Under the pieces are notes generated by a model that made no database searches, was not told the origin of the DNA, and saw only the letters and a list, made by a program, of their open reading frames with translations. Shown here piece after piece: positions 1-10,192 of a stretch of DNA of 64,000 nt (its first letter is position 1; every line of letters begins with the position of its first letter). Position numbers and translations under genes: made by a program. The DNA is from Nitrospira japonica (GTDB taxonomy: Bacteria > Nitrospirota > Thermodesulfovibrionia > Thermodesulfovibrionales > SM23-35), in NCBI GenBank assembly GCA_020725385.1, contig DYFC01000034.1, forward strand, positions 1 to 64,000, in the 5' to 3' direction.

Positions 1-105
1 GAATCATTTTCAGTTAGATTTTTGATGAGGCAATTCGTTCTATATAAAATATTATAAATATAATGTAAAATAATACTTATAACCTTTAAATTTATAGGGT
101 GAACA

Positions 106-1914
106 ATGGCGTCGAGACTCGGACAATTACTTGTATCATCAGGAATAATTACTGAAGAGCAATTAAAAGAAGCAATAAATCTTCAGCGCCGTGAAGGCGG
201 AAGGCTCGGCTCGAATCTTATCAAGCTCGGATATATAACCGAAGAAAAACTCATTTCTTTTCTTAGTAAACAATGGGGGGTTCCTGCAATCAATCTTGCC
301 GACTACAAAATTGATTCTGCTTTATTGAAAATTATTCCATATGAAGTAGCTCGCAAATATCGTATAATGCCGGTTGCCCGTGTGGGTGCTACTTTAACAA
401 TAGCAATGTCGGATCCATCGAATGTGTTTGTAATTGACGATATAAAATTTATGACCGGATATAATGTTGAAGTAGTTGTTGCGGGTGAATCTGCTGTTAT
501 AAATGCAATTAATAATTACTACAAAGGTAAAGCCGATGTTGTAGCAGCAAAGGGAATATCAACACAGGATATAATTAAAGCCAAAGATTATACATTATCC
601 GAGGAAGATTTCAAAGATGAGGAACATTCAATATCTTTCGATGAAAGTCTAACACTGGATGTTGATGAGTTTGATAAGGTAGTCGGTGAAGCACTTGATG
701 ATATTGAAGTTATCGAAGAAACTGATGAAGATGCTGTCAAAGAAGTTGAAAGACCTATAGTAAAACTTGTAAATGGAATATTAATTAATGCAATCAAGGA
801 ACGTGCGAGCGACGTGCATGTTGAACCTTATGAAAATTCTTTCAGAATAAGACAGAGGGTTGATGGAAAGATGTACACTGTTATGAATCTCCCGGTTAAA
901 ATAAAAAATGCTGTTACTTCGAGAATTAAGATAATGGCAAATCTTGATATTGCTGAAAGAAGATTGCCGCAAGACGGAAGGATCAAATTAAAAGTCGGCA
1001 AGAAAAAAGAGATAGATTTTCGTGTTTCTACCGTACCGTGTTTGTTTGGAGAAAGAACGGTCTTGAGGCTCCTCGATAAATCCAATCTCCAGGTAGATCT
1101 TACAAAGCTTGGTTTTGATGAAGATTCTCTTGGTGATTTCATGTCAGCACTTAATAAACCTTACGGAATGATTCTGGTTACCGGTCCGACAGGAAGCGGT
1201 AAAACAACAACTCTTTATTCAGCACTTCACCATCTCAATAAAGTCGGGGTAAATATTTCTACGGCAGAGGACCCTGTTGAATATAATTTTCTTGGAATAA
1301 ACCAGGTTCAGGTAAGAGAAGAAATCGGTCTTACTTTTGCCTCTGCCTTGCGTTCTTTTTTGCGTCAGGATCCGGATATAATAATGGTCGGAGAAATCCG
1401 CGATTTTGAAACTGCTGAGATTGCGGTAAAAGCTGCATTGACAGGACATCTTGTTTTAAGCACATTGCATACAAATGATGCGCCAAGTACAATAAGCAGA
1501 TTGTTAAATATGGGGATAGAACCTTTCCTTGTATCTGCTTCGGTAATATTGATAGTTGCACAAAGACTTGTTAGGAAGGTTTGTGCGGACTGCAAGATGG
1601 AAGAGAAAGTCCCTGTGCCTGCGCTGGTTCAACTCGGGTTTTCTGAAGAAGAAGCAGGAACTGTAAAGATATACAAGGGAAAAGGCTGTCCTGTATGCAA
1701 TGGTTCGGGTTACAAAGGTAGAATTGCATTATATGAGGTTATGCCTCTTAAAGAAGAGTTGAAGGAAATGATCCTTGAGGGAGCATCGGCGGATGATTTA
1801 AAGAAAACGGCTGTAAGGCTCGGTATGAAAACTTTAAGAATGAGCGGCCTGATTAAGATAAAACAGGGTGTCACAACTGTTGAAGAAGTATTGAAAGTTA
1901 CTTTCGGAGATTAA
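106..1914 (+). CDS. pilB: Type IVa pilus assembly ATPase PilB, copy 1
   Basis: N-terminal MshEN-like RLGxxL repeats, Walker A GPTGSGKT, RQDPDIIMVGE, CxxC...CxxC zinc motif; upstream of pilT-pilC. Confidence 0.95.
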   Translation: MASRLGQLLVSSGIITEEQLKEAINLQRREGGRLGSNLIKLGYITEEKLISFLSKQWGVPAINLADYKIDSALLKIIPYEVARKYRIMPVARVGATLTIAMSDPSNVFVIDDIKFMTGYNVEVVVAGESAVINAINNYYKGKADVVAAKGISTQDIIKAKDYTLSEEDFKDEEHSISFDESLTLDVDEFDKVVGEALDDIEVIEETDEDAVKEVERPIVKLVNGILINAIKERASDVHVEPYENSFRIRQRVDGKMYTVMNLPVKIKNAVTSRIKIMANLDIAERRLPQDGRIKLKVGKKKEIDFRVSTVPCLFGERTVLRLLDKSNLQVDLTKLGFDEDSLGDFMSALNKPYGMILVTGPTGSGKTTTLYSALHHLNKVGVNISTAEDPVEYNFLGINQVQVREEIGLTFASALRSFLRQDPDIIMVGEIRDFETAEIAVKAALTGHLVLSTLHTNDAPSTISRLLNMGIEPFLVSASVILIVAQRLVRKVCADCKMEEKVPVPALVQLGFSEEEAGTVKIYKGKGCPVCNGSGYKGRIALYEVMPLKEELKEMILEGASADDLKKTAVRLGMKTLRMSGLIKIKQGVTTVEEVLKVTFGD

Positions 1915-1923
1915 GAACATATT

Positions 1924-3732
1924 ATGGCAAGTAAACTCGGACAGTTACTCTTAAATTCACAATTAATTACAGAGGAACAATTAAAAGAAGCTATAGCCCG
2001 TCAACGAATGGACGGTGGAAGGCTTGGCACTAATTTAATAAAACTTGGTTTTATAACAGAGGATAAACTTGTTTCTTTTCTGAGCAAACAATGGGGAGTC
2101 CCGGCAGTAAATTTATCCGATTATAAAATAGATGCATCTGTCTTAAGATTAATCCCGTATGAGATTGCGAGAAAATACTCGATTATTCCTGTTGCCCGTG
2201 TTGGAGCAACTTTAACAATAGCAATGGCTGACCCTTCGAATGTCTTCGTGATAGATGATATTAAATTTATGACCGGTTATAATGTTGAAGTAGTTGTTGC
2301 AGCAGAGTCGGCCATTGGTGAAGCGATAAGCAATTATTACAAAGGCTCGGCGGCCATGGTTTCTTCAAAACAGCCTGTTTCTGGCAAAATGATACAGGCA
2401 AAAGATTATACACTTACAAAAGAAGAGTTATATGAAGAAGAGGGAGAAACTTCTGTTGATGAAAGTGTTTCTATAGATGTCGATGAATTTGACAAAGTTG
2501 TAGGGGATGCTCTCGATAGTGTTGAATCTATTTCAGAGCAGGAAGACGCCCTTTCTACAGAGATAGATGAGCCCATTGTAAAACTTGTAAATGGAATCTT
2601 AATAAATGCAATCAAAGGAGGCGCAAGCGATATTCATATCGAACCTTATGAAACAACTCTTCGTGTAAGATACCGTGTTGACGGGGTTCTATTCAATGCA
2701 ATGAATCTTCCTTTGAAAATAAAAAATCCTATTACTTCACGACTGAAAATTATGTCGAAACTTGATATTGCCGAAAGAAGACTTCCACAGGACGGAAGAA
2801 TAAAACTGAGACTCGGGAAAAAGAGAGAGGTTGACTTCAGGGTTTCTGTGCTTCCGACTCTTTTTGGAGAAAAGACGGTTCTTAGAATCCTTGATAAGTC
2901 CAATCTCCAGATCGACCTTACGAAACTTGGTTTTGAAGAGGCTGCACTTAAGAAATTTCTGGATGCACTTAATAAACCTTACGGAATGATTCTGGTTACC
3001 GGTCCGACTGGAAGTGGTAAGACAACGACTCTTTATTCAGCTTTGAATTATCTCAATAATCCGGATCTTAATATAATGACCGCAGAGGACCCTGTTGAAT
3101 ATAACTTCACGGGTATGAACCAGGTTCAGGTAAAAGAAGAGATAGGGCTAACTTTTGCATCAGCCCTTAGGGCTTTTTTAAGACAGGCTCCAAATATTAT
3201 TCTGGTTGGTGAAATTCGTGATTTTGAAACTGCTGAGATTGCTGTAAAAGCTGCATTGACAGGACATCTTGTTTTAAGCACATTACATACGAATGATGCA
3301 CCAAGTACAATAAGCAGATTGCTTAACATGGGGATAGAGCCTTTTCTTATTTCTGCTTCTGTTATTATAATAGCAGCACAAAGGCTTGCAAGAAAAATAT
3401 GTCCTGAATGCAAAAGTGAAGAAAAAGTGCCTGTCCACACTCTTATACAGCTTGGATTTTCCGAAGAAGAAGCCTCATCGGTAACTTGTTATAGAGGCAG
3501 GGGTTGCCCTGTATGCAACGGTTCGGGATATAAAGGAAGAATTGCATTATATGAGGTTATGCCTGTAGGTAGCGAAATAAGAGAAATGATTCTTGAAGGA
3601 GCTTCGGCAGATGATCTTAAGAAAACAGCTGTTCGTCTTGGCATGAAAACATTACGCATGAGCGGACTTAGAAAAGTTAAAGAAGGCATAACTTCGATTG
3701 AAGAGGTTATGAGAGTTACTTTTGGAGATTAA
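1924..3732 (+). CDS. pilB: Type IVa pilus assembly ATPase PilB, copy 2 (tandem paralogue)
   Basis: Same 602-aa length and motifs as copy 1; RQAPNIILVGE variant. Confidence 0.95.
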   Translation: MASKLGQLLLNSQLITEEQLKEAIARQRMDGGRLGTNLIKLGFITEDKLVSFLSKQWGVPAVNLSDYKIDASVLRLIPYEIARKYSIIPVARVGATLTIAMADPSNVFVIDDIKFMTGYNVEVVVAAESAIGEAISNYYKGSAAMVSSKQPVSGKMIQAKDYTLTKEELYEEEGETSVDESVSIDVDEFDKVVGDALDSVESISEQEDALSTEIDEPIVKLVNGILINAIKGGASDIHIEPYETTLRVRYRVDGVLFNAMNLPLKIKNPITSRLKIMSKLDIAERRLPQDGRIKLRLGKKREVDFRVSVLPTLFGEKTVLRILDKSNLQIDLTKLGFEEAALKKFLDALNKPYGMILVTGPTGSGKTTTLYSALNYLNNPDLNIMTAEDPVEYNFTGMNQVQVKEEIGLTFASALRAFLRQAPNIILVGEIRDFETAEIAVKAALTGHLVLSTLHTNDAPSTISRLLNMGIEPFLISASVIIIAAQRLARKICPECKSEEKVPVHTLIQLGFSEEEASSVTCYRGRGCPVCNGSGYKGRIALYEVMPVGSEIREMILEGASADDLKKTAVRLGMKTLRMSGLRKVKEGITSIEEVMRVTFGD

Positions 3733-3748
3733 AATAAAGGGGTGATTT

Positions 3749-4840
3749 ATGGCAACACTGTATGATTTGTTAAAAATGATGATTGAAAAAAATGCATCGG
3801 ATTTGCATGTTACTACCGGCAGTCCACCAAGACTTAGAATAGATGGAAAACTCATAAACATTGATCACCCGCCTCTTGCACCTGCAGATACGAAAGCATT
3901 ATGTTACAGCATATTAACTGATGCCCAGAAGCATAAATATGAGGAGAACAACGAACTTGATCTTTCATTTGGTGTAAAAGGTCTGAGCAGGTTCAGAGCT
4001 AACATATTTATGCAGCGCGGGGCTGTAGCCGGGGCATTCAGAACAATACCCTTTGAAATACGGGGATTTAAAGAATTGGGCCTTCCTGAAATTGTCAATG
4101 AACTTGTGAAAAAACCCAGAGGACTTATTCTTGTAACCGGTCCTACCGGAAGCGGAAAGTCAACAACTCTTGCAGCAATGGTTGACAAGATTAACTCCGA
4201 AAGATATGACCATATAATAACGATTGAAGACCCGATAGAATATCTTCATCCTCATAAAAAATGTCTTATAAACCAGAGAGAAGTCAATGCAGATACTGTT
4301 TCGTTTAAATCAGCTTTAAGATATGTTTTAAGGCAGGACCCTGATATTGTTCTTATAGGTGAAATGAGGGACCTCGAGACCATAGAAGCTGCCTTAACTG
4401 TTGCAGAAACAGGTCATATGACTCTGGCGACATTACATACTAATTCCGCTGTTCAGACAATCAACCGAATTATTGATGTCTTCCCACCCCATCAGCAGGA
4501 GCAGATAAGGGTTCAATTATCTTTTGTGCTTGAAGGAATTTTTGCCCAGCAACTTATACCAAGAAAATCGGGACAGGGCAGGGCGCTGGCTGTTGAACTT
4601 CTTGTGCCCAATCCGGCTATAAGGAATCTTATCCGTGAAGACAAAATTCATCAGATTTATTCTATGATGCAGACCGGTCAGGCCAAGTTTGGCATGCAAA
4701 CAATGAATCAGTCTTTGTATGAATTATATTCCAAAGGGATAATAACCTTTGAGGATGCTGTGGGTAGATCTCCGATACCCGATGAAATATTGCAGATGAT
4801 AAATAAAGGTGCCCAGGCATCCCAGGGTAGGAGGTCTTAA
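3749..4840 (+). CDS. pilT: Twitching motility retraction ATPase PilT
   Basis: GPTGSGKST, LRQDPD, TLHT and AIRNLIRE signature. Confidence 0.96.
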   Translation: MATLYDLLKMMIEKNASDLHVTTGSPPRLRIDGKLINIDHPPLAPADTKALCYSILTDAQKHKYEENNELDLSFGVKGLSRFRANIFMQRGAVAGAFRTIPFEIRGFKELGLPEIVNELVKKPRGLILVTGPTGSGKSTTLAAMVDKINSERYDHIITIEDPIEYLHPHKKCLINQREVNADTVSFKSALRYVLRQDPDIVLIGEMRDLETIEAALTVAETGHMTLATLHTNSAVQTINRIIDVFPPHQQEQIRVQLSFVLEGIFAQQLIPRKSGQGRALAVELLVPNPAIRNLIREDKIHQIYSMMQTGQAKFGMQTMNQSLYELYSKGIITFEDAVGRSPIPDEILQMINKGAQASQGRRS

Positions 4841-4842
4841 TC

Positions 4843-6051
4843 ATGGCTACTGTATTTCAATGGTCGGGTAAAAATCCCAAAGGAGCTATTGAATCAGGAG
4901 AAATAACCGCAAATTCAAAAGAAGATGTGATAGCACAGTTAAGAAAAAAGAACATAGTAGCTACACTTGTGACCGAGAAACAGAAAAAGATAGGAGGCTT
5001 TTCATTAGGCGGTGGAGTAAAGGATAAAGATATTGTCGTCTTCACACGTCAATTTGCTACCATGATTGATGCCGGACTCCCCCTGGTTCAGGCTCTCGAT
5101 ATTCTATCAAATCAGGTTGAAAACAAGAATCTCGGTAAAACACTATTGCAGGTAAAAAGCGACGTTGAATCAGGTGCAACCTATGCCGATGCTTTAAAAA
5201 AACATCCAAGGGTATTCAGTGAATTATATGTAAATATGGTTGCAGCAGGTGAGGCAGGAGGTATTCTCGATACCATATTGAACAGATTGGCTCTATATAT
5301 TGAAAAAGCGATGAAGTTGAAGAAAAAAGTTAAAGGTGCTTTAGTGTATCCTACTGTTGTTACCACTATTGCAATTCTTGTTATAGCAGTAATAATGATT
5401 TTCGTAGTACCAACTTTTACTAAAATGTTTGCACAACTCGGGGGAACATTGCCATTACCTACCAGGATTGTCGTTGGATTGAGTAATTTTATAGCAGGTG
5501 TGGGAGGATTAATAATTCTTGGTGCAATAATTGGCTCGGTAATAGGTATTGTGCAAATAAGAAGGACCGAAAAAGGAAAATATTATACAGATAAGATTTT
5601 GTTGAAAATGCCAATCTTTGGTGTTCTATTGAATAAAGTAGCTGTGGCAAAGTTTACAAGAACGCTTGGAACACTTGTAAGTAGCGGTGTGCCTATTCTC
5701 GACGGCCTCGAAATAACAGCTAAGACATCTGGTAATAAAGTTATCGAATACGCAATCATGGATGTCAGAAAAGGTGTTGTTGGCGGTAAAACCCTCGCAG
5801 AGCCCATAACAAAAGCTAAAGTTTTTCCTCCTATGGTAACCCATATGATAGCTGTTGGTGAATCAACTGGTGCACTGGATGCAATGCTCTCGAAAATTGC
5901 CGATTTCTATGACGATGAAGTCGATGTCGCTGTCTCGAATCTTACTGCCATGATGGAACCATTGCTTATGGTATTTCTTGGAGGGTCCGTAGGTTTTATA
6001 GTTGTTGCTATGTATCTGCCTATATTCAAATTAATTACACTTATAAAATAA
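4843..6051 (+). CDS. pilC: Type IV pilus platform protein PilC (GspF family)
   Basis: FTRQFATMIDAG, GEAGG.LD, EPLLMV..G motifs; context. Confidence 0.95.
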   Translation: MATVFQWSGKNPKGAIESGEITANSKEDVIAQLRKKNIVATLVTEKQKKIGGFSLGGGVKDKDIVVFTRQFATMIDAGLPLVQALDILSNQVENKNLGKTLLQVKSDVESGATYADALKKHPRVFSELYVNMVAAGEAGGILDTILNRLALYIEKAMKLKKKVKGALVYPTVVTTIAILVIAVIMIFVVPTFTKMFAQLGGTLPLPTRIVVGLSNFIAGVGGLIILGAIIGSVIGIVQIRRTEKGKYYTDKILLKMPIFGVLLNKVAVAKFTRTLGTLVSSGVPILDGLEITAKTSGNKVIEYAIMDVRKGVVGGKTLAEPITKAKVFPPMVTHMIAVGESTGALDAMLSKIADFYDDEVDVAVSNLTAMMEPLLMVFLGGSVGFIVVAMYLPIFKLITLIK

Positions 6052-6057
6052 TATTTG

Positions 6058-7659
6058 ATGTTTTCAGAAGAACCTGAAGGTTTGAAGAAAAAAATAAAGG
6101 CGCTGATAGCCTTCAGGGTTATTTTTGTAACCCTTTTTTTTGTTATAACCTTCTTTTTTTGGGGTTTTAGAAAATTTCCTTATCATAATCAATTTCTTTA
6201 TCTTATTATAAGTGTCTATGCTGCAACCATAATCTATTCTGTCTTTTATGGAAAAATAAAGAATCTCAGATATTTTGCCTATGCACAATTAGTTATCGAT
6301 ATAATTTTTGAAATAATTCTTGTTTATTTTACGGGAGGCATAGAAAGCTGGTATTCATTTACTTTAATAATTTCTATTCTTGCTGCAAGCATAGTTCTTG
6401 GTAAAAAAGCTGGATTTATAATAGCGACCCAAAGCAGTATTTTTTATGGTTCTCTCTTGAATTTTCAGTTCTATGGATTGATACCTATTAAGACCGAATA
6501 TCCGGTTGAAGTAATAGAATATCTTTATAAGATATTCATTCATGTAAGTTTTTTCTATATAACAGCCTATCTCAGCGGTTATCTCTCATCGCGCCTTGAA
6601 AGGACAGAGAAGAAACTCGAAGAAAAAGATTTTGATATTAAAGACCTTGAATTTTTCAATCAGGAAATCATAGAAAGTCTTCCAAGCGGTTTATTTACGA
6701 CCGATATAAAAGGTAGAACCCTCATTTTTAATAAAGCTGCAGAAAGAATCACGGGTATAAACAGAAAAAGCATAATAGGCAAAAGAATAGATGATGTATT
6801 GCCTTCTTTCAATTTTCCTTTTCAGGAAGGAAGAAGAGATGAGGTTATTGAAACAGAGAACCAAAAAAAAATAATCGGTCTTACTATTTCTCCTTTTAGA
6901 GGATTGGCAGGAGACCAGAAAGGTTTTATAGTAGTATTTCAGGACCTTACAAAAATCAAACAACTCGAAGCAGATATTCAGCGCAAAGAGCAACTGGCAG
7001 CCATAGGCGAGCTTTCTTCGAGTATTGCACATGAAATACGAAACCCTCTTGCATCACTTAAAGGTTCAATTCAAATGTTAAAAGAAGGTGTATTCCAGGA
7101 AAGCCACAAAGAGAAATTAATGGAAATCGCTCTTAAAGAGATGGATAGGCTGAACAGGATTGTAACAGATTTTCTGACTTATTCACGGCCTGCTCCTTTA
7201 GTTTGGAATGCTGTAAATATATGTGCTCTGCTCGATACAACAATAGAACTACTAAAAAATGCTGCTTCAGAAAATAAAATATCCATAAAGAAGCAGTACA
7301 GTAATGATATTGAAATAATTGCCGATTCCGGGAAGCTCCAGCAGGTATTTTTGAATCTCGGACTTAACGCTATCGAGGCAATGCCCGATGGTGGAGAATT
7401 AACTATTGCCATATCCGATAAAAATGATACAATTGAAGTAGATTTTGAGGATACCGGAACCGGTATCGAAGAAAAAAACCTGAAAAAAATATTTTATCCA
7501 TTCTTTACGACCAAGGAACAGGGAACAGGACTCGGACTTGCTATATCGTATAGAATTATAGAAGAACACAGAGGTACTATAGATTTAAAGACCGTGCCCG
7601 GGTCAGGCACAAAATTCAGAATTACATTGCCAAAAAGAAATGAAGAGAAGCAAAGGTAG
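6058..7659 (+). CDS. pilS: Membrane sensor histidine kinase PilS (PAS, HisKA, HATPase)
   Basis: Multiple TM helices, AHEIRNPL H-box, FFTTK..GTGLGL; paired with pilR. Confidence 0.85.
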   Translation: MFSEEPEGLKKKIKALIAFRVIFVTLFFVITFFFWGFRKFPYHNQFLYLIISVYAATIIYSVFYGKIKNLRYFAYAQLVIDIIFEIILVYFTGGIESWYSFTLIISILAASIVLGKKAGFIIATQSSIFYGSLLNFQFYGLIPIKTEYPVEVIEYLYKIFIHVSFFYITAYLSGYLSSRLERTEKKLEEKDFDIKDLEFFNQEIIESLPSGLFTTDIKGRTLIFNKAAERITGINRKSIIGKRIDDVLPSFNFPFQEGRRDEVIETENQKKIIGLTISPFRGLAGDQKGFIVVFQDLTKIKQLEADIQRKEQLAAIGELSSSIAHEIRNPLASLKGSIQMLKEGVFQESHKEKLMEIALKEMDRLNRIVTDFLTYSRPAPLVWNAVNICALLDTTIELLKNAASENKISIKKQYSNDIEIIADSGKLQQVFLNLGLNAIEAMPDGGELTIAISDKNDTIEVDFEDTGTGIEEKNLKKIFYPFFTTKEQGTGLGLAISYRIIEEHRGTIDLKTVPGSGTKFRITLPKRNEEKQR

Positions 7660-9004
7660 AATTCTTATAGTTGAAGATGAAAGAAGCATGAGGGAAGTAT
7701 TGAAGATGCTTCTTGAAGGGGAGGACTATGATGTCATAACTGCATCCGATGGACTGGATGGAAAAGAATATATTGAAAAAGACATTTTTGACCTTGTTAT
7801 TTCTGACATTAAAATGCCCGGACTTGATGGATTCGGACTACTTAAAGTCATTAAGGAAATATCACCGGATACTCTTGTAATAATGGTAACAGCATTTGGC
7901 ACAAATGAATCTGCTATTGAAGCCATGAAACTTGGCGCATACGATTATATCAACAAACCTTTCAATATCGATGAAATAAGAATTATTGTCAATAAGGCTA
8001 TCGAGAAAAAAAGACTAAGCGAACAAATAAAGGTCTTACGTGAAAAACTTGAGACCGAGTATGCGCTCGAAAATATTATCGGTCAAAGTCCGGGAATGCA
8101 GGAATTGTTCAGGTTACTTCCAAAAATAGCACAGAGCAATTCAAATGTATTAATTCTTGGTGAAAGCGGTTCCGGGAAAGAACTCGTTGCAAATGCGGTG
8201 CATAATTTAAGTCCGAGAAAAGGTAAAAACTTTGTGGCTGTCAACTGCGCTGCTTTCCCGGAAGGACTCCTTGAATCGGAAATCTTTGGGTTTATGAAGG
8301 GTGCTTTCACCGGTGCAATGCAGAACAAACAGGGGCTTTTCGAACTGGCTGACAATGGAAGCATATTCCTTGATGAAATCGGGGAGATGCCTTTGAATCT
8401 TCAGGTCAAATTATTAAGGGTACTTGAAAATGGTACTTTCAGGCGTCTTGGCGGTACTACGGACATCAAAGTTGATGTAAGAATAATTTCAGCCACGAAT
8501 AAAGATTTAAAAGAAGAAGTAAAAGCAGGGAAATTCAGGGAAGATCTTTATTATAGACTTAATGTTTTCCCGGTAAAAATACCTCCTTTGAGGGAAAGAA
8601 AAGAGGACATTCCGCTTTTAATTGATCACTTCTTAAGAAAACTATCCTGTTCTCAAAAGAAAATTTCTCCGGATGCAATGAAATTATTGCTGGATTACGA
8701 GTGGAAGGGAAATGTAAGAGAGCTTGAAAATACTATAGAACGGATTGCGCTACTTACCGAAGAAAATGAGATAACTGTTAGGGATCTTCCTGCGGAAGTA
8801 ACCGGTTATATTTCAAAAATAGAAGGGGTGCCTGTATTTGAAGATAAAGGTGTAAATCTTGATTTAATAATTGAGGATATTGAAAAAAAATATATACTTA
8901 AGGCTCTGGAAAAAGCAAATGGAGTTAAGACAGAAGCTGCGAAACTTTTGAATCTTTCCTTCCGTTCATTCCGCCACAGACTCAAAAAATACGGGATAAC
9001 TTAG
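7640..9004 (+). CDS. pilR: Sigma54-dependent response regulator PilR
   Basis: Receiver domain, GESGSGKE, GAFTGA, C-terminal Fis-type HTH. Confidence 0.88.
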   Translation: MKRSKGRILIVEDERSMREVLKMLLEGEDYDVITASDGLDGKEYIEKDIFDLVISDIKMPGLDGFGLLKVIKEISPDTLVIMVTAFGTNESAIEAMKLGAYDYINKPFNIDEIRIIVNKAIEKKRLSEQIKVLREKLETEYALENIIGQSPGMQELFRLLPKIAQSNSNVLILGESGSGKELVANAVHNLSPRKGKNFVAVNCAAFPEGLLESEIFGFMKGAFTGAMQNKQGLFELADNGSIFLDEIGEMPLNLQVKLLRVLENGTFRRLGGTTDIKVDVRIISATNKDLKEEVKAGKFREDLYYRLNVFPVKIPPLRERKEDIPLLIDHFLRKLSCSQKKISPDAMKLLLDYEWKGNVRELENTIERIALLTEENEITVRDLPAEVTGYISKIEGVPVFEDKGVNLDLIIEDIEKKYILKALEKANGVKTEAAKLLNLSFRSFRHRLKKYGIT

Positions 9005-9049
9005 GGTTTACAAATAAGACTTTCAATTGTTAGTATAATATTCTTGAGC

Positions 9050-9142
9050 GGAGAGGTGGCCGAGCCGGTCGAAGGCAGCCGCCTGCTAAGCGGTTGTGGG
9101 GGTAAAACCTCACCCAGGGTTCGAATCCCTGCCTCTCCGCCA
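9050..9142 (+). tRNA. tRNA-Ser(GCT)
   Basis: Acceptor GGAGAGG/CCTCTCC+GCCA, anticodon loop CT-GCT-AA, long variable arm, TTCGAAT T-loop. Confidence 0.95.
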
Positions 9143-9223
9143 GAAAAACGGCGGATAGGCGAGTTGAGGAATTACAGAAAACTTTAATAATACTAAATGA
9201 ATTCAACTTACAGGAGGAATAAA

Positions 9224-9889
9224 ATGAAGAAAGCTTTTATTATTGTGATAGGCTTATTATTAATATTTTCAATCTCTGCGTGCAAAAAAAAGGAAGAACA
9301 GCCACCATTACCTCAAACACAGGTTCCGATGATGCCGGGTGGAAATATGCCTCAAGGTCAGATGCCTCCTTCTCAAATGCCGCCTTCTCAGATGCCTCCA
9401 GCCCAGATGCCTCCTTCTCAAATGCCTCCAGCCCAGATGCCTCCGGCCCAAATGCCGCCAGCTCAAATGCCTCCAGCAGGCCAGCCGGGCATGATGGGAA
9501 AAGTAAAAACTCAGGTTGTTGTTCCGCCTTCGGTAAAAGGGCAATGGAGTGGAGCAAAATTGATTATTGAAGATAAGACCGCTAAAACAAAACAGGAATA
9601 TACAGTTAAGCTTAATAGTGATTTTACTATTCCTAATACAAATTTAAAAATACATGTTGGTGATTTTCTACCTGAGATAAAATTTGAAGGAACAACTATT
9701 ACATCGAGTTCAAATCAGCCGAATAATCCTGCTCTTAGTGTGCGTATTTACGAAAACAATAAACAGATTTTCCCTGACCCTAAAACCGGCAAACAATGGG
9801 CATGGCTTTTCTCAAAAGTGCCAACTATGCATGCTTTTGTGCACCCAAAATACGGAATTATTCTCAAGGAAGGCGTAAAAAAAGGATAA
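9224..9889 (+). CDS. Lipoprotein with (QMPP[S/A])8 repeat and DUF2155-like C-terminal domain
   Basis: AGGAGG RBS, lipobox ISAC, Pro/Met/Gln tract; domain call from resemblance only. Confidence 0.7.
   Translation: MKKAFIIVIGLLLIFSISACKKKEEQPPLPQTQVPMMPGGNMPQGQMPPSQMPPSQMPPAQMPPSQMPPAQMPPAQMPPAQMPPAGQPGMMGKVKTQVVVPPSVKGQWSGAKLIIEDKTAKTKQEYTVKLNSDFTIPNTNLKIHVGDFLPEIKFEGTTITSSSNQPNNPALSVRIYENNKQIFPDPKTGKQWAWLFSKVPTMHAFVHPKYGIILKEGVKKG
9359..9478 (+). repeat. Coding 15-bp tandem repeat x8 (CARATGCCNCCNKCN)
   Basis: Eight QMPPS/QMPPA units read directly. Confidence 0.92.
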
Positions 9890-9898
9890 TTTTATCTT

Positions 9899-9975
9899 GC
9901 GCCCATAGCTCAGCTGGATAGAGCGACGGACTACGAATCCGCAGGTCGGGGGTTCAAATCCTCCTGGGCGCGCCA
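9899..9975 (+). tRNA. tRNA-Arg(ACG)
   Basis: Acceptor GCGCCCA/TGGGCGC+GCCA, anticodon loop CT-ACG-AA, GGTTCAAATCC. Confidence 0.95.
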
Positions 9976-10100
9976 GCTTAGGTTACACGGTTTAAATAGT
10001 TTACATGGTTGGCAGAGTTAAAAGATTGACAAGGCGGCAGGCATAAATACGTGAAATGTAACGTGTAAAATGTTTTTCAGTTACTTCTAAACCTTTTCTA

Positions 10101-10128
10101 TGTCATTCCGAACGAATGTGAGGAATCT
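10101..10128. repeat. Solitary GTCATT-tagged REP-like variant
   Basis: TGTCATTCCGAACGAATGTGAGGAATCT resembles family A ends. Confidence 0.5.
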
Positions 10129-10192
10129 TATTATTTCGAGAGTTCCTTTGACTATTTAACCGATAACTATTAACCTATTTTACAATATAAAA

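Noticed and set aside
9050-9142. Long-arm tRNA as tRNA-Sec or UGA suppressor
   Set aside because: Anticodon is GCT with a standard 7-bp acceptor stem: ordinary tRNA-Ser
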